Below, one piece after another: positions 53,508 through 62,437 of a stretch of DNA of 64,000 nt. The first letter of the stretch is position 1, and the number at the start of each line of letters is the position of its first letter. The stretch covers positions 7,147 to 71,146 of the forward strand of contig CANLGL010000004.1 of assembly GCA_947490345.1 (NCBI GenBank), read 5' to 3'. A program made the position numbers and the translations under genes. The notes below the pieces were generated by a model. The model searched no databases. It had not been told where the DNA came from and saw only the letters and a program-made list of their open reading frames with translations. Origin of the DNA: Deltaproteobacteria bacterium (lineage in GTDB: Bacteria; Myxococcota_A; UBA796; SXON01).

Positions 53508-55196
53508 GTGCGCCGCCCCGTCCCGTCCCCATCGGATAGACCCTCCCCAGATGCCTCCCCCCGCGGCGCGCCACCGCTCGACCGCACGGCGCCGTCCGCC
53601 TCGCGACGGCCGCCCCTCGCTGCGGAGGCGGGCGTGACCACCGGGCCGGAAACTCCCGCCCCGATCGGCCGCTGGCTGGTCGGCGCCGCCGTCGTGGTCG
53701 CGCTCGTCGCGCTGGGCAAGGACCTCGCCATCGATGAGGAGAGCTACCGCTGGCTCGGCAGGGTCGTGCGCGCGGCCGATCCCTACGACTGGTCGCGAGC
53801 GTGGCAGGGTCACGACGGTTGGCTGTACGCCCACCCCCCGCTCTTCTTGTGGTGGTCGAGCGCGTGGAGCGACGTGGAGTCCCTGCCGCTGGCACGTCTG
53901 TCCGGGCTGCCGTGGGTGGTCTTGTGGGCGGCATCGAGCGTGCTGTGGATACGCCGAACCACCCACCACCCCGAGGTCGCCGCAGTGGCGTGGTTGGGCT
54001 CGACCACGGTGGTCCTGGGCCTCCAGGACACGCTGATGATCGACCTGCCGTACGTCGCGCTGAGCACCGCGGCCCTGGCGGCGTACCGCGAGAGCCTGTA
54101 CGACCCGCGCCCCCGCTGGCTGCTCCTCGGCGGCGTGGCCCTCGGCGCCGCGATCGAGACCAAGTACCCGGCGGCGCTCCTGGTGCCGGTGGTAGCCCTC
54201 CACGCCTGGCGCAACCGCGTCGCCGCTCGTGCCTACTTTGGCCCCGCCGGCGCCGTCGTCCTGGGCATCGAAGGCTGGTTGTACGCGCAGCACCAGGCCT
54301 GGCACCCCCTGGCGGTCTGGCAGAATCGTGAGCTGATCGCACATGGTCCCCTGTCCGGACGGGTGCTGGGAACGCTCTCGCGGGCGGCGCTGTTACCGGC
54401 GACGGCGGGCCTGTTGTACCTGCGTCCGGCCCATGCAGCGGTGGGAGCGGGGCTCGGACTCGCGGCCCTGGCCTGGGCGCGTCCGGCCGGTCTGGACCTG
54501 GGCGAGCTGCTCTTTCTGCTCGTCGCGGCCGCCCTCGGCGGTGCCGCGCTTTCCCGTGGCGTCGGCGGCCTGCTCGCCTCGCCGCTGCGCCGCCGCAAGG
54601 GCGACCACGACGACGCCTTGCTGCTCGGCGGCACGGTGGTGGCCACCTTCCTCGGGGTGTTCTTCCTCCACAACTACGCGTCCGCGCGGTACCTGCTCCC
54701 CGCCGCAACCCCGCTGGCCATCCTGCTCGCGCGGGCCGCCGAAGAGGTCGCCCATGGCAAACGAGTTCAGCTCAGCGTCAGTGCCCTCGCCGGGGTCCTG
54801 GCCACCGCCCTCGCATTCGCGGACGCCCAGTACACCGCCGCCGGTCGCACCGCTGCTCAGCAGGCCCTCGACGCCGCCCGCGTCACCGACCCGCGCCCCG
54901 GCCGCTTCCTCGCCGAGTGGTCCGCGCGCGCCGCCCTCGAAGACGCGGGGTGGCGCCCCCTCGGCGAGCCCGCCGGCGCCGTCTCAGGCGAAACCGTCAT
55001 CGTGTTGCGCAACTCCGGCGGCCGCGTGCCCGACTCCTGGGAGCCCCTGGCGGCCTTCCCCGTCGAGGGTCTCCCCCTCCGCGTGATCGATGTGGACGCG
55101 CAGATCGGGCTTTACGCCGAAACGCTCGGCGTCCTCCCCTTCGGCCTGTCCGCCCGCCCGGTCGAGACGGCGGTAGTCTACGAAGTCCGCCCGTGA
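53508..55196 (+). CDS. GT-C fold glycosyltransferase-like membrane protein (family 39/ArnT-like)
   Basis: The first-loop DE motif (LAIDEESYRW) is followed by more than 10 TM segments. An alternative GTG start at 53634 lies just before the first TM segment. Confidence 0.6.
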   Translation: MRRPVPSPSDRPSPDASPRGAPPLDRTAPSASRRPPLAAEAGVTTGPETPAPIGRWLVGAAVVVALVALGKDLAIDEESYRWLGRVVRAADPYDWSRAWQGHDGWLYAHPPLFLWWSSAWSDVESLPLARLSGLPWVVLWAASSVLWIRRTTHHPEVAAVAWLGSTTVVLGLQDTLMIDLPYVALSTAALAAYRESLYDPRPRWLLLGGVALGAAIETKYPAALLVPVVALHAWRNRVAARAYFGPAGAVVLGIEGWLYAQHQAWHPLAVWQNRELIAHGPLSGRVLGTLSRAALLPATAGLLYLRPAHAAVGAGLGLAALAWARPAGLDLGELLFLLVAAALGGAALSRGVGGLLASPLRRRKGDHDDALLLGGTVVATFLGVFFLHNYASARYLLPAATPLAILLARAAEEVAHGKRVQLSVSALAGVLATALAFADAQYTAAGRTAAQQALDAARVTDPRPGRFLAEWSARAALEDAGWRPLGEPAGAVSGETVIVLRNSGGRVPDSWEPLAAFPVEGLPLRVIDVDAQIGLYAETLGVLPFGLSARPVETAVVYEVRP

Positions 55197-55951
55197 CCGA
55201 CCCCACTACCGAACGAAGCTGGGAGCGGGCCGAAAAGCGCCTCGACTTCTACCTGCGCGACCGCCCCCGCGGCACCCTGCTCCTCTGCGCGCTTTTGAGC
55301 TTCGCCTACGCCATCAGTTGCGCCCTCGACTACATCCGCGGCCAGCCCGTCTGGAAGGTCCTCGGCTGGAATCGCAGCTCCGACCTGCTCACCGACCTCG
55401 GCGGGCGGACCTTCGCACTCGCGCAGCACGGCGAGTGGGATCGTCTCGTCGAATACGGGCTTTTGCACTGGAACCTCGGCCACCTGCTGATGAACGTCGC
55501 TGCCATCTGGGCGGTGGGCGAGGTGCTGGAGGCCGTCTACGGCCCGTCGCGGGTCTGGCTCATCTTCTGGGTCGCGACGCTTACCGGTGGGCTAGGGTCG
55601 CTTCTAGCCGGCAGCGAGCTCACTGTCGGGGCCAGCGGCGGGGCGTTCGGGCTGCTTGGCGCGATGGTCACCTTCGGCTGGCGCTGGGGCGCAAAGCTTC
55701 ACCCCAAGACACGGCGCTGGTTCGGGCCGCTTTTGTGGCCGTGGGTGGCCGCGAACCTCGGCCTCGGCTTCATCCTTCCCTTCATCGACAACGGCGCGCA
55801 CATCGGCGGCATGCTCGGCGGCATGGCCCTTGGCGCGGGGATGGGCAATCGCATCACCGACAACAGCGAGAGCGGCGACCTCGTGCGCTGGCTCACGCGG
55901 GCGTTGGTCGTGGCCTTCACCCTGCTCGCGGCCTCGCGCTTTTTGCGGTAG
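55193..55951 (+). CDS. Rhomboid-family intramembrane serine protease
   Basis: HWNLGHLLMN, GASGGAFGLLG (catalytic Ser) and NGAHIGGMLGG (catalytic His). The GTG overlaps the upstream TGA (GTGA). Confidence 0.85.
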   Translation: MTDPTTERSWERAEKRLDFYLRDRPRGTLLLCALLSFAYAISCALDYIRGQPVWKVLGWNRSSDLLTDLGGRTFALAQHGEWDRLVEYGLLHWNLGHLLMNVAAIWAVGEVLEAVYGPSRVWLIFWVATLTGGLGSLLAGSELTVGASGGAFGLLGAMVTFGWRWGAKLHPKTRRWFGPLLWPWVAANLGLGFILPFIDNGAHIGGMLGGMALGAGMGNRITDNSESGDLVRWLTRALVVAFTLLAASRFLR

Positions 55952-56016
55952 TTCCCCCTGGCGCGCGCCGAGCGTCCGAGCCCACAAACCGTAGGCGCCA
56001 TGGGGAACTGCGGAGA

Positions 56017-56140
56017 GGGGGAGAGCGCCACGTGCCGTCGCGCTACTGGCGCGACGGGCGCCGCAGGCCGGAAACCGAAGGTTGGAGGCCGGAGGGAATG
56101 GCGCGGTAGGGGGAGAAGGCGGCGAGCCCTTTCCCCCTTT
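56017..56140. repeat. Structured intergenic repeat, copy A
   Basis: GGGGGAGAGCGCC, then hairpin GTCGCGC/GCGCGAC, then core GGCCGGAAACCGAAGGTTGGAGGCCGGAGGGAATGGCGCGGTAGGGGGAG, then a terminal G/C hairpin and TTTG. Confidence 0.85.
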
Positions 56141-56220
56141 GTCATGATAGTTACGCATGCCGTCGCGACGCCGGCTCATCGAGCCATGAAACTCGCGAGC
56201 GGCATGCGGTCTGCAGGGAT

Positions 56221-56360
56221 GTGGAGAGCGCCGCCCGGGGCGCGTTATTTACGCGACTCGTCCGGGAAAGTCCGGGGCGCCGCAGGCCGGAAAGCGCAGC
56301 TTGGAGGCCGGAGGGCACGGCGCGGTAGGGGAAGGGGCGTGTGCCCCTTCCCCCTGTTTC
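56221..56360. repeat. Structured intergenic repeat, copy B
   Basis: GTGGAGAGCGCC, then hairpin CGCGT/ACGCG, then core GGCCGGAAAGCGCAGCTTGGAGGCCGGAGGGCACGGCGCGGTAGGGGAAG, then hairpin AGGGGAAGGGGC/GCCCCTTCCCC and GTTTC. Confidence 0.85.
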
Positions 56361-56388
56361 TGGTTAGACGGCACCCACCGGAGTCCCC

Positions 56389-56775
56389 ATGCCCTCCCCC
56401 CTCGGCCTTCGTCGCCGGCTCAAAGCGCTCTTCGGCCTCGACGACGCCCCCGTCACCGCCGTTCCCGACATCCCCAAGGTCAGCGTCACCCTCGTCGGGC
56501 CCGATGGCACCGAGCAGGTCACCGAGACCTTCGCGGGTTCGACCCTCGTCGGCGCCGGCGCCAAGCTCAAGCGCCCCATCGCCACCGGCTGCTCGGAGGC
56601 CAACTGCGGCACCTGCCGGGTCGAGGTGCTCGAAGGCGCCGAGAACTTCAGCGAACAGACCGCCAAAGAGCGCGCCACGCTCAAGGAAAACAACTTCTCG
56701 ACCAGCTACCGACTGGCCTGCCGCGCCGAGCTCATCAAGGGCTCGGTCAAGGTGCGGGCCTTCGAGCTGATCTAG
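56389..56775 (+). CDS. 2Fe-2S ferredoxin-like protein
   Basis: C-x4-C-x2-C in GCSEANCGTCRVEV plus the distal Cys in YRLACRAE. GGAG lies upstream of the ATG. Confidence 0.7.
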   Translation: MPSPLGLRRRLKALFGLDDAPVTAVPDIPKVSVTLVGPDGTEQVTETFAGSTLVGAGAKLKRPIATGCSEANCGTCRVEVLEGAENFSEQTAKERATLKENNFSTSYRLACRAELIKGSVKVRAFELI

Positions 56776-56840
56776 GAAAAGCAGGTGGGCGCGGGTTCAC
56801 GGCGGGCGCCGCCCGCTCCCGCGGGCTCGAAGGGGCCGCC

Positions 56841-56881
56841 GCCAAAACCCAGAAACCCCGCGCGGCCATCGCCGGGCGGGG
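56841..56881 (-). terminator. Intrinsic terminator after atpE
   Basis: On the minus strand: CCCCGC-loop-GCGGGG (56856-56881), followed by TTTCTGGGTTTTGG. Confidence 0.5.
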
Positions 56882-56912
56882 CGTGGGGGGCGTTCGCCCG
56901 CCGCGGTCGAGC

Positions 56913-57209
56913 TTACAGGCCGATCGCGATGACGAAAGCGAGCAGGACCAGCGACTCGATGAGCGCGAGGCCGATGATCATCGGGGTCAGGAGGTTGCCC
57001 GCCTGGGGGTTACGGGCCATGCCCTCGACCGCGGAGCCGGCGGTGCGGCCCTGGCCGATGCCGCCACCGAGCACCGCTAGACCGATGGCAAGACCGGCGC
57101 CGATCGGGCCCCACTCGCTCTTGGCGCCTTCTTCGGCGGCGTAGGCGACGGTGGTGGAGAGGGCGAAGAGCGCGGCGACGCGCAGGGAGTTGGCGAAGAA
57201 GGGCTTCAT
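56913..57209 (-). CDS. atpE: F0F1 ATP synthase subunit c, with N-terminal signal-like extension
   Basis: [18 protein letters not shown] ... ARNPQ ... [17 protein letters not shown] hairpin. It has about 25 extra N-terminal residues ([24 protein letters not shown]). Confidence 0.9.
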   Translation of the reverse strand: MKPFFANSLRVAALFALSTTVAYAAEEGAKSEWGPIGAGLAIGLAVLGGGIGQGRTAGSAVEGMARNPQAGNLLTPMIIGLALIESLVLLAFVIAIGL

Positions 57210-58051
57210 GCGTGATCCGTAGAGTGAGATTTTTCGTGGTCGTGATCATCGTGCCCGTGGGACATGTCGGCAGTGGACAAACCCGCGTACACCGTGGACA
57301 GGAGGCTGTAGACGAAGGCCTGCACCAGGCAGACGAACGCCCCGAGGACGTAGAAGGGCACCGGCGCCAGAACCTTGCCGATGGGGCCGATCATGTCGCC
57401 GCCGACGTCGCGCACGGCGCCGCTGACCATGTGGTCGGCGAACATGTTGGCGGTGAGACGCACGGTCAGTGAGAAGGGCCGGAGCACCAGCCCAAAGACT
57501 TCAATGGGGAAGAGCAGGAACCCCATCAACAGGATGGGCCCCCACAGGTGCTTGATGTACGAGAAGCCGTTGCGCGTGAGGCCGGCCCAGTTGAACATCA
57601 CGAAAACGCAAAGCGACATCGCAAGGTTGCTGGAGAAGTTCCCAGTCACCGGGGCGTTCCCCGGGATGAGCCCGAGGAAGTTGGACACCAGGATGTACAG
57701 GAACAATGTAGCGATGAACGGGAAGAAGTTCGGCGCTTCTTTGGTGCCGAGCACCCCCTCCACCAGGCCCTGGTAGCCCTCGACCAACATCTCCATCAGG
57801 TTGCGGGCGCTGAGCCCCGAGTCAGGAATGAACTTCTCGGTGCCTTCGCGGGCCATCGCGCGTTCCAGGCCCATCCGCGCCAGGAACGCAACACCGAGCA
57901 CCAACGCCACGGTGAACCAGGCCGCCGGCACCACCCAGCCGTCGGTGGGGTTCTTCAGGTGCAGGGCGCGGCCCAACGCACCGTCCCCGATGCCGGGCAG
58001 GAAGTGAAACCAGTTGAAGCCGCTGATGAGGGGGATGAGCTGGTTGATCAT
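57206..58051 (-). CDS. atpB: F0F1 ATP synthase subunit a
   Basis: [17 protein letters not shown] (conserved Arg) with 5-6 TM segments. It overlaps atpI and atpE by 4 nt each. Confidence 0.9.
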   Translation of the reverse strand: MINQLIPLISGFNWFHFLPGIGDGALGRALHLKNPTDGWVVPAAWFTVALVLGVAFLARMGLERAMAREGTEKFIPDSGLSARNLMEMLVEGYQGLVEGVLGTKEAPNFFPFIATLFLYILVSNFLGLIPGNAPVTGNFSSNLAMSLCVFVMFNWAGLTRNGFSYIKHLWGPILLMGFLLFPIEVFGLVLRPFSLTVRLTANMFADHMVSGAVRDVGGDMIGPIGKVLAPVPFYVLGAFVCLVQAFVYSLLSTVYAGLSTADMSHGHDDHDHEKSHSTDHA

Positions 58052-58401
58052 GCGACCCTCGCAGTGAAGAGACTCGTCAGGACCGGACGGGCAGCGAGCC
58101 CCACCAGCGCGGCGCTGAACCCGACGAAAGCCGGTGCGCCCGGGAGCCAGCGGCTGAGTGCCCAGACCATTCCGACCGCGGCGAAGAGCTTCAACGGCAA
58201 CAAGGCCTGACCCGCACCGCCCTGACGCAGGCCATTGGCGGCGACGAGCCAGAGCGCCACGTTGACGACCCCCGCCAGCGAGCCCACCCCGGCCTCAAAA
58301 CCCACCCGACCGTCCAGGCACAGGGCGCCCAGGGTCACGACGATCGCGGCCCCGACGGCGTCACGGAGGAGGCGGAGGAGTTGGAGGTGGGGGTGGATCA
58401 T
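58048..58401 (-). CDS. atpI: ATP synthase protein I-like small membrane protein
   Basis: Position immediately upstream of atpB, four hydrophobic segments, 117 aa. Confidence 0.6.
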   Translation of the reverse strand: MIHPHLQLLRLLRDAVGAAIVVTLGALCLDGRVGFEAGVGSLAGVVNVALWLVAANGLRQGGAGQALLPLKLFAAVGMVWALSRWLPGAPAFVGFSAALVGLAARPVLTSLFTARVA

Positions 58402-58609
58402 GCGGTCGGTCGTACGGATTGCCCCGCGCCAGTTGCCGAGCCCCCGCGACCAGCCCCGCCAGCGCGCAGATGCTCAGAAGCACAGGCGCGGTGCCAAAGC
58501 TGCGGTCCAACCAAAGGCCGAGGAGCACGCCGCCGAGAACGAGTCCGGTCATCGTGCCCACCTGCGCCATTGCCGGGGCGAGCTGCCGCCAGATGCTCGG
58601 ATCGACCAT
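58361..58609 (-). CDS. AtpZ/AtpR-like small membrane protein
   Basis: MAQVGTMTGLVLGGVLLGLWLDRSFGTAPVLLSICALAGLVAG resembles AtpZ. The Pro-rich tail overlaps the atpI start by 41 nt. Confidence 0.55.
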   Translation of the reverse strand: MVDPSIWRQLAPAMAQVGTMTGLVLGGVLLGLWLDRSFGTAPVLLSICALAGLVAGARQLARGNPYDRPHDPPPPPTPPPPP

Positions 58610-58698
58610 CAGGAAGCCATCAACAGGGGTTCGGGAAAGAGCGCCGAAAGGGGGGGTACCCCCGCGGGCCCGCGCTGTAATCCTGGGGTCATGGGCTG

Positions 58699-59082
58699 TC
58701 AACGGCCCCAGGAGTTCATGATCCACGCCAACCATCCGATGCCCAACATCTGCCCGAGGGTAGGCTTCTGGATGGGCGGAGCGTGGCGGATGTCGGCCGC
58801 GGGGTAGAGGCGGAAGGCGTTGCGCATGCGCTGCTGAGGCCCCTCGGCAATGCCGGTGAACTCGAGCCCGGCGCCGTGGTCTCGCGCGATGGCCGTCACC
58901 GACCCGCTCACGATTCGCTCGTCGGCAACCACAGCCCGCACGTCCTGCAGGAATCGGATGGGTACGCGGCCCTTGACCACCAGGATCTCGCCGTCGCGGA
59001 TCGAGAGCTGGAAGAGCTGTCGCTGGCTCAGAAACCACCACAGCCCCGCCGCGCCCAGGACGACCACGAGGATGATGATCAC
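58699..59082 (-). CDS. DUF3634-like protein
   Basis: GTG at 59082, an N-terminal TM segment, then FQLSIRDGEILVVKGRVPIRFLQDVRAVV, which matches my recollection of DUF3634. Confidence 0.5.
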   Translation of the reverse strand: MIIILVVVLGAAGLWWFLSQRQLFQLSIRDGEILVVKGRVPIRFLQDVRAVVADERIVSGSVTAIARDHGAGLEFTGIAEGPQQRMRNAFRLYPAADIRHAPPIQKPTLGQMLGIGWLAWIMNSWGR

Positions 59083-59092
59083 GCGCGCCCCG

Positions 59093-59692
59093 TCACCGAC
59101 AGTTCTCCCACAGCCCCGCGTCCTCGCGGCGCGCCGCGGCGACGTCGTCGTCGAACTCCCCCTCGAAGGATGTGTTGGGGTCGATGGCCAGCGCGGAAGC
59201 GTAGCCATTGCGAGCCAGGACGCGGTTGTGGAAGCCGCTGTCCCCGTCCCCACGGATCACGTAGGCCAGGGTGCGGTCGTAGAAGTCGAGGCACTCCGCG
59301 TCGAAGGTGAGCCACGCCAGCCGATCCAGCAACGCGTCGCTGGTGAACGCCGTGGCTTCCGCGGAAAAACACTCAGCCGGATCGGGAGAATGCGCGAGCT
59401 CCGGCGTGTCGATCCCGATGAAGCGCACCTTGAAGTACGCTCCCCCCGACTCGGGCTGCGCATAGGCGGTGTCGCCGTCGCTGATCTGGGTGAAGCGGAC
59501 CAACATCGGCGGCTGGCACTCGCTGTCGCCGGTCGGCAGGTCCGTCAGGGCGCGCACGCGGGCGTCGTCCGCGGCCAGTTCGCCGGTGTCGAGTTCGGCG
59601 GCAGAATCCTCTGCGAGACCGCTGTCATCGGGGTCGGCGGCGGTGTCACCCTCCCCGAACCAGTTCGCGCAAGCCGCCAGGAGCACCACCAC
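59093..59692 (-). CDS. Staphylococcal-nuclease (thermonuclease) family lipoprotein
   Basis: Lipobox MVVLLAAC. ISDGDTAY, KVRFIGIDTPE and FYDRTLAYV motifs. Confidence 0.75.
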   Translation of the reverse strand: MVVLLAACANWFGEGDTAADPDDSGLAEDSAAELDTGELAADDARVRALTDLPTGDSECQPPMLVRFTQISDGDTAYAQPESGGAYFKVRFIGIDTPELAHSPDPAECFSAEATAFTSDALLDRLAWLTFDAECLDFYDRTLAYVIRGDGDSGFHNRVLARNGYASALAIDPNTSFEGEFDDDVAAARREDAGLWENCR

Positions 59693-59893
59693 TCAGAAAA
59701 CCATGTAGATGAAGGGCGCCAGGTAAGGCAGGTTCGTCAAGAAAAGCAGCCCCACGCTCACCAACAACAGCACCAGCACCAGGGGCACCATCCACCATCG
59801 TTTGCCACGCCCGAGCATGGCGACCAGCGCGCCCGCAGTGCCGAAACGCAGGAGCCACGTCTCCGTCGCCGACGGGGTGCTGGACTCGCTCAT
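59693..59893 (-). CDS. DUF5989-like small membrane protein
   Basis: 66 aa; GRGKRWWMVPLVLVLLLVSVGLLFL. It lies immediately downstream of the carbamoyltransferase with a 4-nt overlap. Confidence 0.6.
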   Translation of the reverse strand: MSESSTPSATETWLLRFGTAGALVAMLGRGKRWWMVPLVLVLLLVSVGLLFLTNLPYLAPFIYMVF

Positions 59894-61644
59894 TTCGGTC
59901 GCTCCACCCGTAGTCCGTCGATGTAGAGCACGTCGAGGCCCGACCGCGTGAACGACGCCATGGCGTCCACGGGCGTGGAGACGACGGGCTCGCCCTTGAG
60001 GTTGAAAGAGGTGTTGAGCACCACGGGGACTCCGGTCAGCTCACCGAAACGGGTGATGAGCCGGTGGTACTCCGGCGAGCTGTCGGCGTCGACGACCTGC
60101 ACCCGCGCGCTGCCGTCGACATGGGTGACGGCGCCGAGCTGGGCCTTGGCCTCGTCGCGGACAACTGCGGTGGCGAGCATGAAGCGCACCGGCGCCGCCG
60201 CCGCCGCGGGGATGTCGAAGTACCGGTCTGCGGCTTCGGCGACCACCGACGGCGCGAAGGGCCGGAAGGGCTCGCGGTATTTGATCCGTTGGTTCACCAG
60301 GTCGCGCGTGGCCGCCTCCCGGGGATCCGCAAGGATCGAACGATGGCCCAACGCGCGTGGACCCCACTCGCAGCGCCCGTTCATCCACCCGATCACCCGA
60401 CCCGCCGCAAGGTCCTCCGCGGCGCGCTCCGGAGCGCTCTCGCCGACGTCCTCGGGGCGGCCGCCGAGGTCCTCGAGGATCTCCCGGCTGCGGGCGATCG
60501 GCGTGTCGCGACCGATGTCGGCGCGTCGCATCGCCGCTCCCCGCGGGTTGCCCAGCACCGAATGCCACACCCACAGCGCCGCACCGAGCGCCCCACCCGC
60601 ATCGCCAGCCGCCGGCTGCACCCACACCGACGCGAACGGCCCCTCAGAGGCCAGGCGATGATTGGCCACCGAGTTGAGCGCCACCCCGCCTGCAAGGCAG
60701 ATGGCGTCGCCCCCGACGGTGCTTTTGGCGTGCCGCGCCAGGTGCAGGACCGCCTCCTCGATCTGGGCCTGCGCCGTCGCGGCGATGTCGGCGTAGCGCT
60801 GGCACTCCTCGACCTCTCTGGGCGAACCCTCGCCGGCAGCGGCGGTCGGCGTGAAGGGCGTGCCCGGAAAGCGCGACGGCCCCAGGATCGCCTGCAGCTT
60901 GGCGCCAGCCGCTTCCGAGGCGTGCCAGTGCCAGGAGAACTTGTCCATGTCGATGGAGAAGCCGCCGCCCGGCTCCAAGTGCAAGAGCGGGTCCATCTCC
61001 GCCCGGAAGCGGGGCACACCGTAGGCCGCCATGCCCATGACCTTGAACTCACCTTCGTTCACGGCGAAGCCGAGGTGTGCGGTGATGGCACTGTAGTACA
61101 GCCCGAGGGAGTGCGGCCAACGCACTTCGGCGACGGGCTCGATCTCGCTGCCGCGACCGCGCCAAAGCGAGGTCGTCGCCCACTCCCCCACCCCGTCCAG
61201 GCACAGGATCGCCGCCTCGGCGTGGGGCGAGCAGTAAAAAGCGCTGGCGGCGTGCGAGAGGTGGTGTTCGGAGAAGAGGACACGCTCCGGGCGGACTCCG
61301 AACGCGGCGCAGAGGTTGCCGCGCAGCCATAGTTTGTCGCCCAACCACGCCCGCATCTGCCGCGGGAAGGCGCCGGACGAGCGCGGAAAGGTCGCGACCG
61401 CGTTGGTCAGGATGCGCTCGAACTTCCGAAGCGGCTTTTCGTAGAACACCAGCCAGTCCACCTGGTCGGCGGTGATCCCCGCCCGATCGAGGCACCACTT
61501 TGCCGAGCGCACCGGCAGACTCGCGTCGTGCTTGAGCCGCGAGAAGCGCTCCTCCTGCACCGCCGCGACCACCACCCCGTCGCAAACTAGAGCGACCGCC
61601 GCGTCGTGGTAGAGCGCGCTCACGCCCAGCACGTAGGTGGGCAC
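59890..61644 (-). CDS. Carbamoyltransferase (NodU/CmcH family)
   Basis: YVLGVSALYHDAAVALV, EERFSRLKHD and NTSFNLKGEPVV motifs. 584 aa. Confidence 0.9.
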   Translation of the reverse strand: MPTYVLGVSALYHDAAVALVCDGVVVAAVQEERFSRLKHDASLPVRSAKWCLDRAGITADQVDWLVFYEKPLRKFERILTNAVATFPRSSGAFPRQMRAWLGDKLWLRGNLCAAFGVRPERVLFSEHHLSHAASAFYCSPHAEAAILCLDGVGEWATTSLWRGRGSEIEPVAEVRWPHSLGLYYSAITAHLGFAVNEGEFKVMGMAAYGVPRFRAEMDPLLHLEPGGGFSIDMDKFSWHWHASEAAGAKLQAILGPSRFPGTPFTPTAAAGEGSPREVEECQRYADIAATAQAQIEEAVLHLARHAKSTVGGDAICLAGGVALNSVANHRLASEGPFASVWVQPAAGDAGGALGAALWVWHSVLGNPRGAAMRRADIGRDTPIARSREILEDLGGRPEDVGESAPERAAEDLAAGRVIGWMNGRCEWGPRALGHRSILADPREAATRDLVNQRIKYREPFRPFAPSVVAEAADRYFDIPAAAAAPVRFMLATAVVRDEAKAQLGAVTHVDGSARVQVVDADSSPEYHRLITRFGELTGVPVVLNTSFNLKGEPVVSTPVDAMASFTRSGLDVLYIDGLRVERPK

Positions 61645-61647
61645 GGA

Positions 61648-62388
61648 CTAGCCTTCCGCGCGCGCCGCCGCGAGGCGGTCGGCTCGCGGCGCGGAGGCCG
61701 GCTGCCAGCCCCCCCCCTCCGTGCGCGCGAAAAGGCGGAAGGGGGCCAGGACCACAAAGTACAGGATCGTGAGCCAGATGCCGCTCACGAACGTGCCCAC
61801 GTCGCGCGAGAAGCGCAGGTAGCGCTCCCAAACCCGCGCCATCCGAAGGTCGCGACACATCTTATCGACGGCGTGCCCTTCCTTGCGCAACTTCTCCACC
61901 TCGGCGCGGCTGTAGGCAACGTGGAATACCTCGTCCTTGAGGATCGTGCGCAATGTCGCCTGGGTGGCCGGGTCGGGCAGGCCGCGCTCCAGGTAGACGT
62001 TGAATTGCTCGACGGCGTCGGCCTCGGCGACGTAGACGAATGCCAGGAACTTCGCTTCGCCGAAGCGTTCGAACAAAGTCTTGCCCCCGACGATCCCCGC
62101 CTCGACGAGCTGCCCGCTGTCTTCCAGCGCCGCGTCAGCCCGGCCCGTCTGGCCGAAGTCCCGGACCCGATCGGCGAAGATCCGAGCGTGCCGGCCTTCG
62201 TCCAGGGCATGTATAAAATATTTACGACGCATGTCGCGACGTGTCGTCGCTTCAACCGCTGCGAGCATGTCCATCATGCTGCCGCGTTCGGCGAGGGAAA
62301 AGGCCGCGAGGAGGCGCTGCGGCCGTCCCGGCACCCGCCAGGAGAACTCGCTGGCCACCGTCAGCCAGGCGCGGCGGAAAACGCCCAT
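61648..62388 (-). CDS. Ferritin-like (di-iron helical) domain fused to a C-terminal SxtJ-like TM segment
   Basis: ALDEGRHARIF and KDEVFHVAYS (E..H pairs). The C-terminus is RVWERYLRFSRDVGTFVSGIWLTILYFVVLAPFRLFAR. Confidence 0.55.
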   Translation of the reverse strand: MGVFRRAWLTVASEFSWRVPGRPQRLLAAFSLAERGSMMDMLAAVEATTRRDMRRKYFIHALDEGRHARIFADRVRDFGQTGRADAALEDSGQLVEAGIVGGKTLFERFGEAKFLAFVYVAEADAVEQFNVYLERGLPDPATQATLRTILKDEVFHVAYSRAEVEKLRKEGHAVDKMCRDLRMARVWERYLRFSRDVGTFVSGIWLTILYFVVLAPFRLFARTEGGGWQPASAPRADRLAAARAEG

Positions 62389-62437
62389 CTAGAGACTCCC
62401 GACCCAGAACATATCCAGCGCCGTGCCGGACTGCCGG

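Noticed and set aside
56071-56085. A shared AACCGAAG 8-mer between the 47-nt hairpin repeats (35.1 kb) and the ~130-nt intergenic repeat core, as evidence that they are one family.
   Set aside because: The 8-nt match is too short, and the flanking sequence and structure differ.
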